Source: Candidatus Nitrospira inopinata (lineage in GTDB: Bacteria > Nitrospirota > Nitrospiria > Nitrospirales > Nitrospiraceae). Taken from it: a stretch of DNA of 32,000 bases. Shown here one piece after another: positions 1 to 7,189 of the stretch. The notes beneath the pieces were generated by a model that was given only the letters and a program-made list of their open reading frames with translations, was not told where the DNA came from and searched no databases. Every line of letters begins with the position of its first letter. The stretch's first letter is position 1. The stretch is from assembly GCF_001458695.1 (NCBI RefSeq), contig NZ_LN885086.1, positions 1,890,001 to 1,922,000 on the forward strand, read 5' to 3'. The position numbers and the translations under genes were made by a program.

Positions 1-348
1 CCCATTACGGCTTCAAGAGTGGAATCCCAGACGACTTCTACCGTCTCGCCCGGTGCGGACGGGCCGTTGGGAGGGATTTCTTTTGAAAGAGGCGGAATTG
101 CCGGAGACGACCAATTGGTGCTGGATCTGGAGGCCACCGAATTAAGCTGGGTTGTCGTGCAAGTCGACAACGGCAGCCCGCAGGAATCATTGTTGAGGCC
201 TGGTGAAAAGGCGCAGTGGAAAGGTCAGAACCAGTTCGTCCTCACGCTCGGCAACGCCGGAGGAGTCAAGGCGGAACTGAACGGGAAGCCTCAAAAACCG
301 TTCGGCCCGAGCGGTAAAGTCGCGCGCGATATTGTTTTAAAGCGATAA
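1..348 (+). CDS. rodZ: C-terminal part of a RodZ-like cytoskeleton protein (DUF4115 domain); 5' end lies outside the window
   Basis: Frame 1 is open from base 1, and the track ORF 19..348 starts at an internal GTG. The translation ...LVLDLEATELSWVVVQVDNG...FVLTLGNAGGVKAELNGK... matches the conserved RodZ C-terminal pattern (SWv.v..DG ... lGNAg.v.l.lNG). Confidence 0.65.
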   Translation, partial: PITASRVESQTTSTVSPGADGPLGGISFERGGIAGDDQLVLDLEATELSWVVVQVDNGSPQESLLRPGEKAQWKGQNQFVLTLGNAGGVKAELNGKPQKPFGPSGKVARDIVLKR

Positions 349-546
349 CGCCTGGCCAACGGGATGATGTCACGCGCGTCACCTTGCCGGTCTCTCCACG
401 GGCATTTATTCCATAGAGACCACGTGTCTTCAGACAGAGGTTGTTGTGTGTGTGCGTGGCGGGTTTGCAGCCGTGAGGAGAATCTTCACGCCTCGGCGTC
501 TTCAATGGAAAATAGCGCGGCGGCGGGGCGAGAGCGATTGTTTGAC

Positions 547-578
547 GGGATGAGCTGGGGATGAACCCGGGATGAACC
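547..578 (+). repeat. Three direct repeats GGGATGA(A/G)C with an 11-bp period; candidate activator binding sites
   Basis: GGGATGAGC at 547-555, GGGATGAACC at 558-567 and GGGATGAACC at 569-578. The last copy ends 18 nt upstream of the -35 box at 596. Confidence 0.5.
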
Positions 579-595
579 AGTGAAAAGGTCGTTTC

Positions 596-625
596 TTGAC
601 AGGAATTTAAAGGGGTTGGTATAGT
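596..625 (+). promoter_or_regulatory. Sigma70-type promoter for the cytochrome c gene
   Basis: TTGACA (596-601), 18-nt spacer, TATAGT (620-625). It sits about 100 nt upstream of the ATG at 727. Confidence 0.5.
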
Positions 626-726
626 CCGATCGTTTTGACGGCTTTTGCATGCGTCTTATGGCATTTCAACCTGCCGCTTGTTGCGGAATCACTGCACGGT
701 CAGTTCAATACAAAGGAGGATGTGTG

Positions 727-1173
727 ATGGGGTATCTGTCGAAGTTTTTGGGGGTCAGCGCAGCGCTGGTGCTGTTGTCGGCTTCTCTGGTTGGGGCGGA
801 AGAGCGAGATCCCACGAAGCCTCGCGTTCCGGCCGATCAACTGGCGGATGCAAAAGCCATGAAGAATCCGATAGAGCCTACGGCGGACAGTATTGCGAAG
901 GGAAAGGCGCTGTACGAAGGGAAAGGCACCTGTTTCAACTGTCATGGAAAAACAGGCAAGGGTGACGGCCCCGCCGGCGCGATGTTGAATCCGAGCCCGC
1001 GCGACTTTACCAACTGCAAATTCCACAAGAAGCGGAAAGACGGCGAACTCTTCTGGGTCATTAAAAACGGCAGCCCCGGCACCGGGATGGTCTCTTTGAT
1101 TCCGGCCGCTATCAACGACGAAGAAGCGTGGCATATCATCAACTACGAGCGAAGCTTCTGTAAGGGTGAGTAA
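727..1173 (+). CDS. Monohaem class I c-type cytochrome, secreted
   Basis: ATG at 727 is preceded by AAAGGAGGA (712-720). Signal peptide MGYLSKFLGVSAALVLLSASLVGA. One CXXCH motif (CFNCH) followed by GKGDGP, and a distal Met region GTGMVS. The upstream part of track ORF 649.. has no signal peptide and no RBS. Confidence 0.85.
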   Translation: MGYLSKFLGVSAALVLLSASLVGAEERDPTKPRVPADQLADAKAMKNPIEPTADSIAKGKALYEGKGTCFNCHGKTGKGDGPAGAMLNPSPRDFTNCKFHKKRKDGELFWVIKNGSPGTGMVSLIPAAINDEEAWHIINYERSFCKGE

Positions 1174-1230
1174 GTAATTAGACGTTTATCGACATCCACC
1201 GATGGACGTGTAGTTTCGCTCGGCCAACAG

Positions 1231-1269
1231 GGCGGGCGGGAAGGTCGCTTCCCGCCCGCCTTTGTTTTT
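1231..1269 (+). terminator. Rho-independent terminator between convergent genes
   Basis: Perfect 13-bp stem GGCGGGCGGGAAG / CTTCCCGCCCGCC with loop GTCG, followed by TTTGTTTTT. It lies between the stop at 1173 (+) and the stop at 1289 (-). Confidence 0.8.
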
Positions 1270-1288
1270 CTCATCAAGCCAAAAACAC

Positions 1289-1654
1289 TTACTGCGGCGA
1301 GGCGGTCACTCTCGTTCCCTCCTTCACCGGCGGTTCGATCTTAATGTGCGGTCCCTCGACCTTGGGGAGGAGACCGGCGCCGGGCTTTTCGATGATCCGT
1401 CGGTTCTCTTCGTTCATCAGAAGGTTTTGCTTGCTGTGACTCTCGTTGACGCGAGCAGAGTCAACGAGGGCCTCCTGCACCGTTACATTCTTTTGACCGG
1501 CATCGTTCGCCAGTAACTGCCCGTTGACCGGATCGACGGCCTTTCCCATGGGATAGCCCGGGTGTTTAGGGAGCATCGCCGGATTGGCAAGCGCGAGAAG
1601 GGAACCGACGAGCCATCCGGCCGCGACAAAACACGCAAGAAGCGAGAGTTTCAT
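1289..1654 (-). CDS. Small secreted protein of unknown function (121 aa)
   Basis: An internal ATG at 1654 is preceded by AAGGAGGT. Signal peptide MKLSLLACFVAAGWLVGSLLALA. I recognise no family motif. Confidence 0.55.
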   Translation of the reverse strand: MKLSLLACFVAAGWLVGSLLALANPAMLPKHPGYPMGKAVDPVNGQLLANDAGQKNVTVQEALVDSARVNESHSKQNLLMNEENRRIIEKPGAGLLPKVEGPHIKIEPPVKEGTRVTASPQ

Positions 1655-2056
1655 GGCGCGACCTCCTTGTGAAAGTGAAAAACGGGAGCGTGCGGTCGAG
1701 AGATACACTCGGCAGGGGCAATGGCAGAGAAGCAGAAGGCAGCGGAACGAAAGGAAAAAACACCTACCCCGGTTTCATACAGCACCCCCGGGACTGACAA
1801 TAACATTGCGTACCGGTCGAACCGAAGTCAAGCAGGCTGCGGGCGATCCTCGACGGCTGATGGCGATATCGCGGTAAGCCGATTAGAGGCTCCCGATGGG
1901 AACAATCTGACGTCTGTCCACAGGGACCGATCTATCAAAATTGAGAATGGGGTGGGATTCCAACGGAAAGTGCGGACGCCGTATTCGACGGCTGCGCCAA
2001 ACTCACGATCACGTCTCCATTGCGACGGGAGAATAAAGAGAAGACGCCGGACCGTG

Positions 2057-2263
2057 TTATTGCCGGTTGTACTCGGCGTCGGCTGGATTGTCCCAGAGTG
2101 TGGTGAAGGCCGTTTGCGCGAGATGTTCCGCTTCCTGCGTCAGCGAGCCTCTCCCCGTTTCCCGATGAACTAAAAAGTCAATGAAGTCGGCCACCTCGGC
2201 CTGCCGTTCCTGAGACAGCTCCCGCAACTTTTCGATAATGATTTGTTCGGTCATCTTTGTCAT
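2057..2263 (-). CDS. DUF2281-like type II antitoxin-type protein (68 aa), no partner gene
   Basis: The pattern IIEKLRELSQERQAEVADFIDFL and the C-terminal WDNPADAEYN are typical of DUF2281/VapB-like antitoxins. An RBS GAGGGGTGA lies upstream of the ATG at 2263. Confidence 0.6.
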   Translation of the reverse strand: MTKMTEQIIIEKLRELSQERQAEVADFIDFLVHRETGRGSLTQEAEHLAQTAFTTLWDNPADAEYNRQ

Positions 2264-2290
2264 AGACTCACCCCTCGAAAAATCCGGCGC

Positions 2291-2319
2291 ACACTACACC
2301 GCTTTGAAAAAAAATTCAA
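2291..2319 (-). promoter_or_regulatory. Putative sigma70 promoter with an overlapping palindrome for the antitoxin-like gene
   Basis: On the minus strand: TTGAAT (2319-2314), 17-nt spacer, TAGTGT (2296-2291). The -35 box lies inside the inverted repeat TTGAA-N6-TTCAA (2304-2319). The local tract is AT-rich. Confidence 0.4.
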
Positions 2320-2412
2320 TCGTCTCGTTCGCAAAAAACGATTTTCCGTCCGTGAAATTCGAAACCATTGATAAACCGACGGTCCAGCAGTGAGTTGAGA
2401 GGAAAAAACGGA

Positions 2413-4206
2413 CTAGGGATGGTCTGCGGATGCGAGTGCGGCGGGGGCGGACAAGACAAGCGAGGCGACTGTGTCGCTCGGCGCAAACGTCGGAAAAATC
2501 ATCGGGCGCTGCTCCGCATTCAACCGGGACTTGGCCGCCCACGTCACTTTTTGGCGTACGTAGCCGGCAAGTTCTCCGAGCGTGACGAAACCGTTGTGAT
2601 TGGTGTCGGCTTCTCCGCGAAGTCCGCGCAGAAAGAAATAGGTGAACAGCCCGTGGCGGTGAGCGTCATCTTCCAAGCCGGTCTTGAAGGATTCGCCGCC
2701 GATCATTTGGATCATGATCGTCCCATTCAGATCCCAACGGGGGAGGGCGATTTGCGTCTCGGACTCGCCGCGCAATTTGGACACCGAGCCGTCAAAGATG
2801 AAGAGGGCCTGGTGGACGTTGAGTTTGGCGATGGTTGAGGCGATATGCCGAAGCGGATAGAGGCGCGCGTCCGCCGCATTGCTTGTGTCGGATAAAGCCA
2901 GCAATACTTCACCGTTTGGAGCGACCATCGCCTGACCGGAAAAATAGACGATGACAACGGCGTTCTTGTCTATGCGCTGAGGAAGCCACTTGGTGAATGC
3001 AACGTCGACGGCGGCGTGATGGGCTTGCAAATCCCGGAGCAGCATCACGTTGGATGCAGGCACGCCTCCGATCGCCTGAAAATAGTCGGCTACCCTCTGC
3101 GCGTCCATTGAGGCGTATTTTCTCAGCTTGGTCCGAGGGGGCGGATCATTACTGATCCCGATAGCGATCAGGTAGGTCCCCGGTTGCCGAAAAGCGGATC
3201 GAGGAGCGGGAATCCGATCCACGTCGTCTAGGCCGGCGCCGGCCGGTTGAATCGTCAGCGAGAGCGTTTGAGGAGGCGCGATTAGTTTCCCCGACTGAGT
3301 CAGGGAAACATGGATTTCGGCTTGAAGTGGTTGGAGGGTCGGAGGCAAGGTCGCCATGAACTCCAACGATTTCGTCTGGGCCGGTTGCAACGGAGGAAGC
3401 GCCAAGGTCGTCGCGGGGAAGAGATCGAGCACCTCAGGCGTGCCCGTGAGGGAGACCGAGACGTCCTGAACCGGAATCGTGCCGGTATTGACGACATCGA
3501 CTCGGACCCGCACGTGCTCGCCGCTTTCCAGGATCAAGTCGCCGTTTTCATCGAGCAGCAGGGCTTTGAAGCGAAGCGCGGACGAGGCGGAAGGCGTCGC
3601 CGAAGGAGGCGATCCGCCCGTCGCCGGGAAAGCGGAAGGATGCGAGGCCGATTCCTGAGAGACGGAAGGCGAGGACGGTTGCTCACCGAACGCGAGTTTG
3701 GCGTCCAGAAAGACTTTTGCGGCCAACTCCTCGGCCGTATCGCGGATGAAGGGGGAGATGACATAGTCGCAATTTCTGCCGACCTGCTCCAACCGCAGGC
3801 GCTCTCGACGGTCCACTCTGAATTCCGTTTCCCGCAAGACGGCGCCTCGGACGTCGGATGTCCGCACGAGCGCATTCATTCGCAAGGTTGCCGGAGCCCG
3901 ATCGTACAAGGCGTCCTTGTCGAGATGAAACGACCACTCCCGGACCTCGAACGTAATCACATGATCAGGATGAATCACCTTCTCTTGGTCCGGTTCAGAG
4001 ACAACCGTTTTGAACGTTCGGGATGCCTCTTCACGCAAGGCCTTCTCAATCTGGCGACCGATCGGGACCTCTCCCATCTGGCCGCAGGAATCGGTGTAGC
4101 GAAAGGTCTGTTGCGCGATGGAGGAAGGGATGTTCAATTTGACGGTATAGGGCAGCGGATCCTTGGCGGGGGAACATCCAGTCGCGGGACGCATGCCGGG
4201 ACGCAT
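2413..4206 (-). CDS. Caspase-fold (peptidase C14) multidomain protein, predicted to be catalytically inactive. Probably a lipoprotein whose signal peptide is frameshifted away (see findings).
   Basis: C-terminal C14 domain motifs: YLIAIGIS..., VVIVYFSGQA, ALFIFDGSVS, HGLFTYFFLRGLRGEADTNHNGFVTLGELAGYV. The central part resembles a beta-sandwich (HVRVRVDVVNTGTIPVQDVSVSLTG), preceded by a Ser/Pro-rich linker. Confidence 0.8.
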   Translation of the reverse strand: MRPGMRPATGCSPAKDPLPYTVKLNIPSSIAQQTFRYTDSCGQMGEVPIGRQIEKALREEASRTFKTVVSEPDQEKVIHPDHVITFEVREWSFHLDKDALYDRAPATLRMNALVRTSDVRGAVLRETEFRVDRRERLRLEQVGRNCDYVISPFIRDTAEELAAKVFLDAKLAFGEQPSSPSVSQESASHPSAFPATGGSPPSATPSASSALRFKALLLDENGDLILESGEHVRVRVDVVNTGTIPVQDVSVSLTGTPEVLDLFPATTLALPPLQPAQTKSLEFMATLPPTLQPLQAEIHVSLTQSGKLIAPPQTLSLTIQPAGAGLDDVDRIPAPRSAFRQPGTYLIAIGISNDPPPRTKLRKYASMDAQRVADYFQAIGGVPASNVMLLRDLQAHHAAVDVAFTKWLPQRIDKNAVVIVYFSGQAMVAPNGEVLLALSDTSNAADARLYPLRHIASTIAKLNVHQALFIFDGSVSKLRGESETQIALPRWDLNGTIMIQMIGGESFKTGLEDDAHRHGLFTYFFLRGLRGEADTNHNGFVTLGELAGYVRQKVTWAAKSRLNAEQRPMIFPTFAPSDTVASLVLSAPAALASADHP

Positions 4207-4424
4207 CCGACGATCAACAACAGGGCGGTCCTAATCAGCACGGATAAATCCCGTGGCGGCCACGTATTGGTCGAAGAGCATGTCATCAGTCGCAGGGGCG
4301 TCATCCGTTTCTGCGGCGAAGCATCGGGCCGATCACCGTACTGGAAACATGGCGCGAAAGCAACCGTGGATTCTCGTCATTGAGAAAAGAGAAAAGCGTC
4401 GGCCGGTCGCGGAGACTTTCCTCT

Positions 4425-4454
4425 TTGAAGCCCTTGGAAGGGTTAGTGTACAAT
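4425..4454 (+). promoter_or_regulatory. Putative sigma70 promoter for htrA
   Basis: TTGAAG (4425-4430), 18-nt spacer, TACAAT (4449-4454), about 110 nt upstream of the ATG at 4565. Confidence 0.35.
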
Positions 4455-4564
4455 GCCTTTGCAAGTGGTGCCGCCGCGCAGGCGAACGGATTTAGAGGGG
4501 GAAGGAAGCGGTCGGCCCCGTGAGATGTTCGAGTAGACGTTCATACTTCTGGAGGATCCTATCC

Positions 4565-6085
4565 ATGATCAATCGAAGTCGGCGAGCGGTTGTGTGGTCG
4601 GTCGGCGGTGGGCTGTTCATGGCCCTGTGCGCGTGTGTCGGCTTTGAACAGGGGCTTTCTACTGCGGACGCCGGTGTGCCTCCGGCGTTTGTCCAAGGTT
4701 TCTCGGAAATCGTCAAAAAGACGACGCCGGCCGTCGTCAACATTGCGGTTACCGGGGGAGGCGAAAGCGGGCGTCGGCGCGGACTGCCGCCCGGCCCGTT
4801 CGGGAGACCGCCGGGTGAGGAACCCGGAGGAGAGCCTGGAGGAGAGGAATCGCCGACTCCGCCGCCGATGCCGCCTCTCCCGCCCGGTCCGCACGGCCGC
4901 CCGGAGCAAAGTGCCGGATCGGGAGTGGTGATAGACCCCAACGGCTATATCGTGACCAACAACCACGTTGTGGAAGGGGCGACGCGGATTACGGTCACGT
5001 TGAACGATCGGCGGGAGTTTTCGGCCAAAATCGTCGGGACGGATCCGAAAACCGATTTGGCCGTCATCAAAATCGAGGCCAAGGATCTGCCGACGCTCAA
5101 ATGGGCGGATTATGAGAAATTGCAAGTGGGCGATCTCGTCTTGGCGGTGGGAAGTCCGTTCGGGCTCAGCTCGACCGTGACGTTGGGGATCATCAGCGCG
5201 CTGGGAAGAGGAAACGTGGGCATCGCGGATTATGAGGACTTTATTCAGACCGACGCCGCCATCAATCCCGGCAATTCGGGCGGGGCGCTTGTCGATATGA
5301 ACGGCGAGCTCATCGGCATCAACACGGCGATCTTTTCGAGGACGGGAGGGTCCGAGGGCGTGGGATTCGCGATTCCCAGCAGCATTGCGGTCGATATCGT
5401 GGACAGTCTGCTGCGGACCGGAAAGGTCGTGCGCGGCTGGATGGGGGTGGCGATTCAGGAGATCACGCCGGCGTTGGCCAAATCGTTCAAGTTGCCGGAA
5501 AATCGGAAAGGCGTCCTCATCAGCGACGTCAACGAAGGCGGGCCTTCATTTGCCGCCGGGATCAGGCGGGGCGACGTGGTGGTGGCGTTTAATGGCAAGG
5601 AAGTCCAAAACGTCAGCCAGCTCCGGAACATCGTGGCCCGCACGATGGTGGGAAAAGAAGCGGAGGTCAGGATCCTGCGCGACGGCAGGGAGCAGACGAT
5701 CACCGTCAAGGTGGCCGAGCGGCCGTCGGACGAAGTGTTGGCGAGGAGAGAGCCCGCGCCGTCGAAGGAACCGGGATCCACGATCAAGCCTCCGGACAAC
5801 GTCCTGGCGTCTCTTCGCGTCCAGGCGCTGGACAACGCGTTGATGAGTCAATTGAACATTCCCGCCAATGTGACCGGCGTCGTGATCGCCTCGGTGGAGC
5901 CGGGCGGGCAGGCGGAAGCGGCCGGGTTGCAGCGCGGCGACGTGATTCAGGAAATCAATCATGAGGCCGTCAAAACACTGGAGGATTATCAAAAATCCGC
6001 CGCCAAGATCGGCAAAGACGAGCTGGCCGTTCTGTTGATCAATCGGCGAGGCAACAGTCTTTTTGTAGCGGTTAATCCAAAATAG
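4565..6085 (+). CDS. htrA: Periplasmic serine endoprotease of the HtrA/DegP/DegQ family with two PDZ domains
   Basis: Catalytic triad context TNNHVV, DLAVIK, GNSGGALV. Two PDZ-like regions follow (GVLISDVNEGGPSFAAGIRRGDVV and GVVIASVEPGGQAEAAGLQRGDVI). The ATG at 4565 has GGAGGA 7 nt upstream and gives the signal-anchor MINRSRRAVVWSVGGGLFMALCAC. Confidence 0.9.
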   Translation: MINRSRRAVVWSVGGGLFMALCACVGFEQGLSTADAGVPPAFVQGFSEIVKKTTPAVVNIAVTGGGESGRRRGLPPGPFGRPPGEEPGGEPGGEESPTPPPMPPLPPGPHGRPEQSAGSGVVIDPNGYIVTNNHVVEGATRITVTLNDRREFSAKIVGTDPKTDLAVIKIEAKDLPTLKWADYEKLQVGDLVLAVGSPFGLSSTVTLGIISALGRGNVGIADYEDFIQTDAAINPGNSGGALVDMNGELIGINTAIFSRTGGSEGVGFAIPSSIAVDIVDSLLRTGKVVRGWMGVAIQEITPALAKSFKLPENRKGVLISDVNEGGPSFAAGIRRGDVVVAFNGKEVQNVSQLRNIVARTMVGKEAEVRILRDGREQTITVKVAERPSDEVLARREPAPSKEPGSTIKPPDNVLASLRVQALDNALMSQLNIPANVTGVVIASVEPGGQAEAAGLQRGDVIQEINHEAVKTLEDYQKSAAKIGKDELAVLLINRRGNSLFVAVNPK

Positions 6086-6219
6086 GGAAAAGGGCGTGAG
6101 GGGCCGTAACGGCTCGGCATAGCGACTCGGGGCTTGGCGGGGCTTGGATGGCTCCCGCGCGGCCGGCGCGAGGAAAAATGAGGCGCCGGGTCGAGGGGCC
6201 CCGGTCTTGGCGAGGGGAC

Positions 6220-7152
6220 GTGCTGAAACAATTCAACCAGTGGTTGCAAGAGACGATCTTCAAACCGCTGGAAGACAAGAAAATGCCGGTGATGGAGCAC
6301 CTGGTGGAGTTCCAGGTGCGGCTGACCCGCGCGACGATTGTGACGGCGATCGTGTTTGTGGGGACGTTTTTCTTCGCGGATACTCTCGTCAAATGGCTGC
6401 GCGTTCCATTGCAAAACATGTTCGTGCCCAGCACGTTGTCGTGGGAACCGACCGACCTGCCGACCGTTCCGTTCGTCTTTCTTGCGCCGGCCGAGGCCTT
6501 GTGGCAGAACGTCAAGGTGGCCGGGCTGTTTGCCATCGTGCTGGCCGTTCCCTACATCCTCTATGAGATCTGGCGATTTGTGGTGCCAGGGCTGCACGTC
6601 CAGGAGCGTCGGTTCGTCGGACCGTTTGTGTGCATCGGCGCCGTCGCGTTTTACGCCGGGGCCGCGTTCTCGTTTTTTTTCGTGCTCCCGTTCGCGCTGA
6701 ATTTTTTAATATCCTACGGCGTCAACGCCGGTTTTACGCCGCAGATTTCCATCGCCCAGTACGTCGGCTTCGCCTTGTGGTTTCTGCTGGTGTTCGGCCT
6801 GATCTTTGAAGTGCCTCTGGCCCTTACGATCATGGCGAAGCTCGGCTGGGTCGACGCGCCGTTCTTGATTCGCTACTGGAAATGGGCGTTGTTGGGGTCG
6901 TTCATCATCGCGGCGATCCTCACCCCGACTCCCGATCCGTTCAATCAAACTCTGATGGCCGGCCCTATGTTTTTGCTCTACTGGGTCGGCATTTTGGGAG
7001 CCAAGTTTTTCGGCAAGCAGCAGGAAGCCGAGGCCGCCGGAACGGGCATGGCGTCGGCCGCCGCTGGAGCCGGGGGGCGCGGAGTGGTGGCTATGCCGAA
7101 ATCTTCGGAGAGCGAGTACGTCGGGGTGCCTTCATCCGGAAGCCGACGATAG
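6220..7152 (+). CDS. tatC: Twin-arginine translocase subunit TatC
   Basis: MPVMEHLVEFQVRLTRA... matches the TatC N-terminal consensus (eHL.ELR.RL), and the rest is polytopic membrane protein. The start is uncertain: ATG 6148, GTG 6220 (preceded by GAGGGG) or ATG 6283 are all possible. Confidence 0.85.
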   Translation: MLKQFNQWLQETIFKPLEDKKMPVMEHLVEFQVRLTRATIVTAIVFVGTFFFADTLVKWLRVPLQNMFVPSTLSWEPTDLPTVPFVFLAPAEALWQNVKVAGLFAIVLAVPYILYEIWRFVVPGLHVQERRFVGPFVCIGAVAFYAGAAFSFFFVLPFALNFLISYGVNAGFTPQISIAQYVGFALWFLLVFGLIFEVPLALTIMAKLGWVDAPFLIRYWKWALLGSFIIAAILTPTPDPFNQTLMAGPMFLLYWVGILGAKFFGKQQEAEAAGTGMASAAAGAGGRGVVAMPKSSESEYVGVPSSGSRR

Positions 7153-7189
7153 CCGACGGCGGAAAAAGTCAATCGGAAGGGATGACGAC

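Noticed and set aside
1811-1850. GGTTCGA-containing segment on the minus strand, checked as a possible tRNA T-arm
   Set aside because: The flanks cannot form a 5-bp T-stem, an acceptor stem or an anticodon arm, so it is not a tRNA.
1935-2027. Short minus-strand frame RRNGDVIVSLAQPSNTAS... faintly reminiscent of a MazF/PemK N-terminus (RGD-I/V-...) just downstream of the antitoxin-like gene
   Set aside because: Only about 25 codons remain open from the only start codon (GTG 2012). The resemblance rests on 4-5 residues, which is not enough to call a toxin remnant without an HMM scan.
1721-2173. 150-aa plus-strand ORF in the gene-free tract downstream of the antitoxin-like gene
   Set aside because: It overlaps the antitoxin gene in antisense, has no RBS and has an Arg/Ser-rich, random-looking composition.
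4180-4208. Alternative reading of the caspase-gene 5' end as a 29-nt insertion between two GGATG(C/T) Gly-Cys codon pairs; deleting it would give LLLIVGC-SPAKDP
   Set aside because: A one-base indel at the C5 homopolymer (4168-4172) restores the frame more parsimoniously, and the 12-nt duplication is itself in frame. I keep this only as a secondary possibility.
3310-4383. 357-aa ORF on the plus strand, antisense to the caspase-like gene
   Set aside because: It is Arg/Gly-rich and low-complexity with no motif, and it is fully antisense to a gene with clear domain signatures. This is the usual shadow ORF seen in GC-rich DNA.
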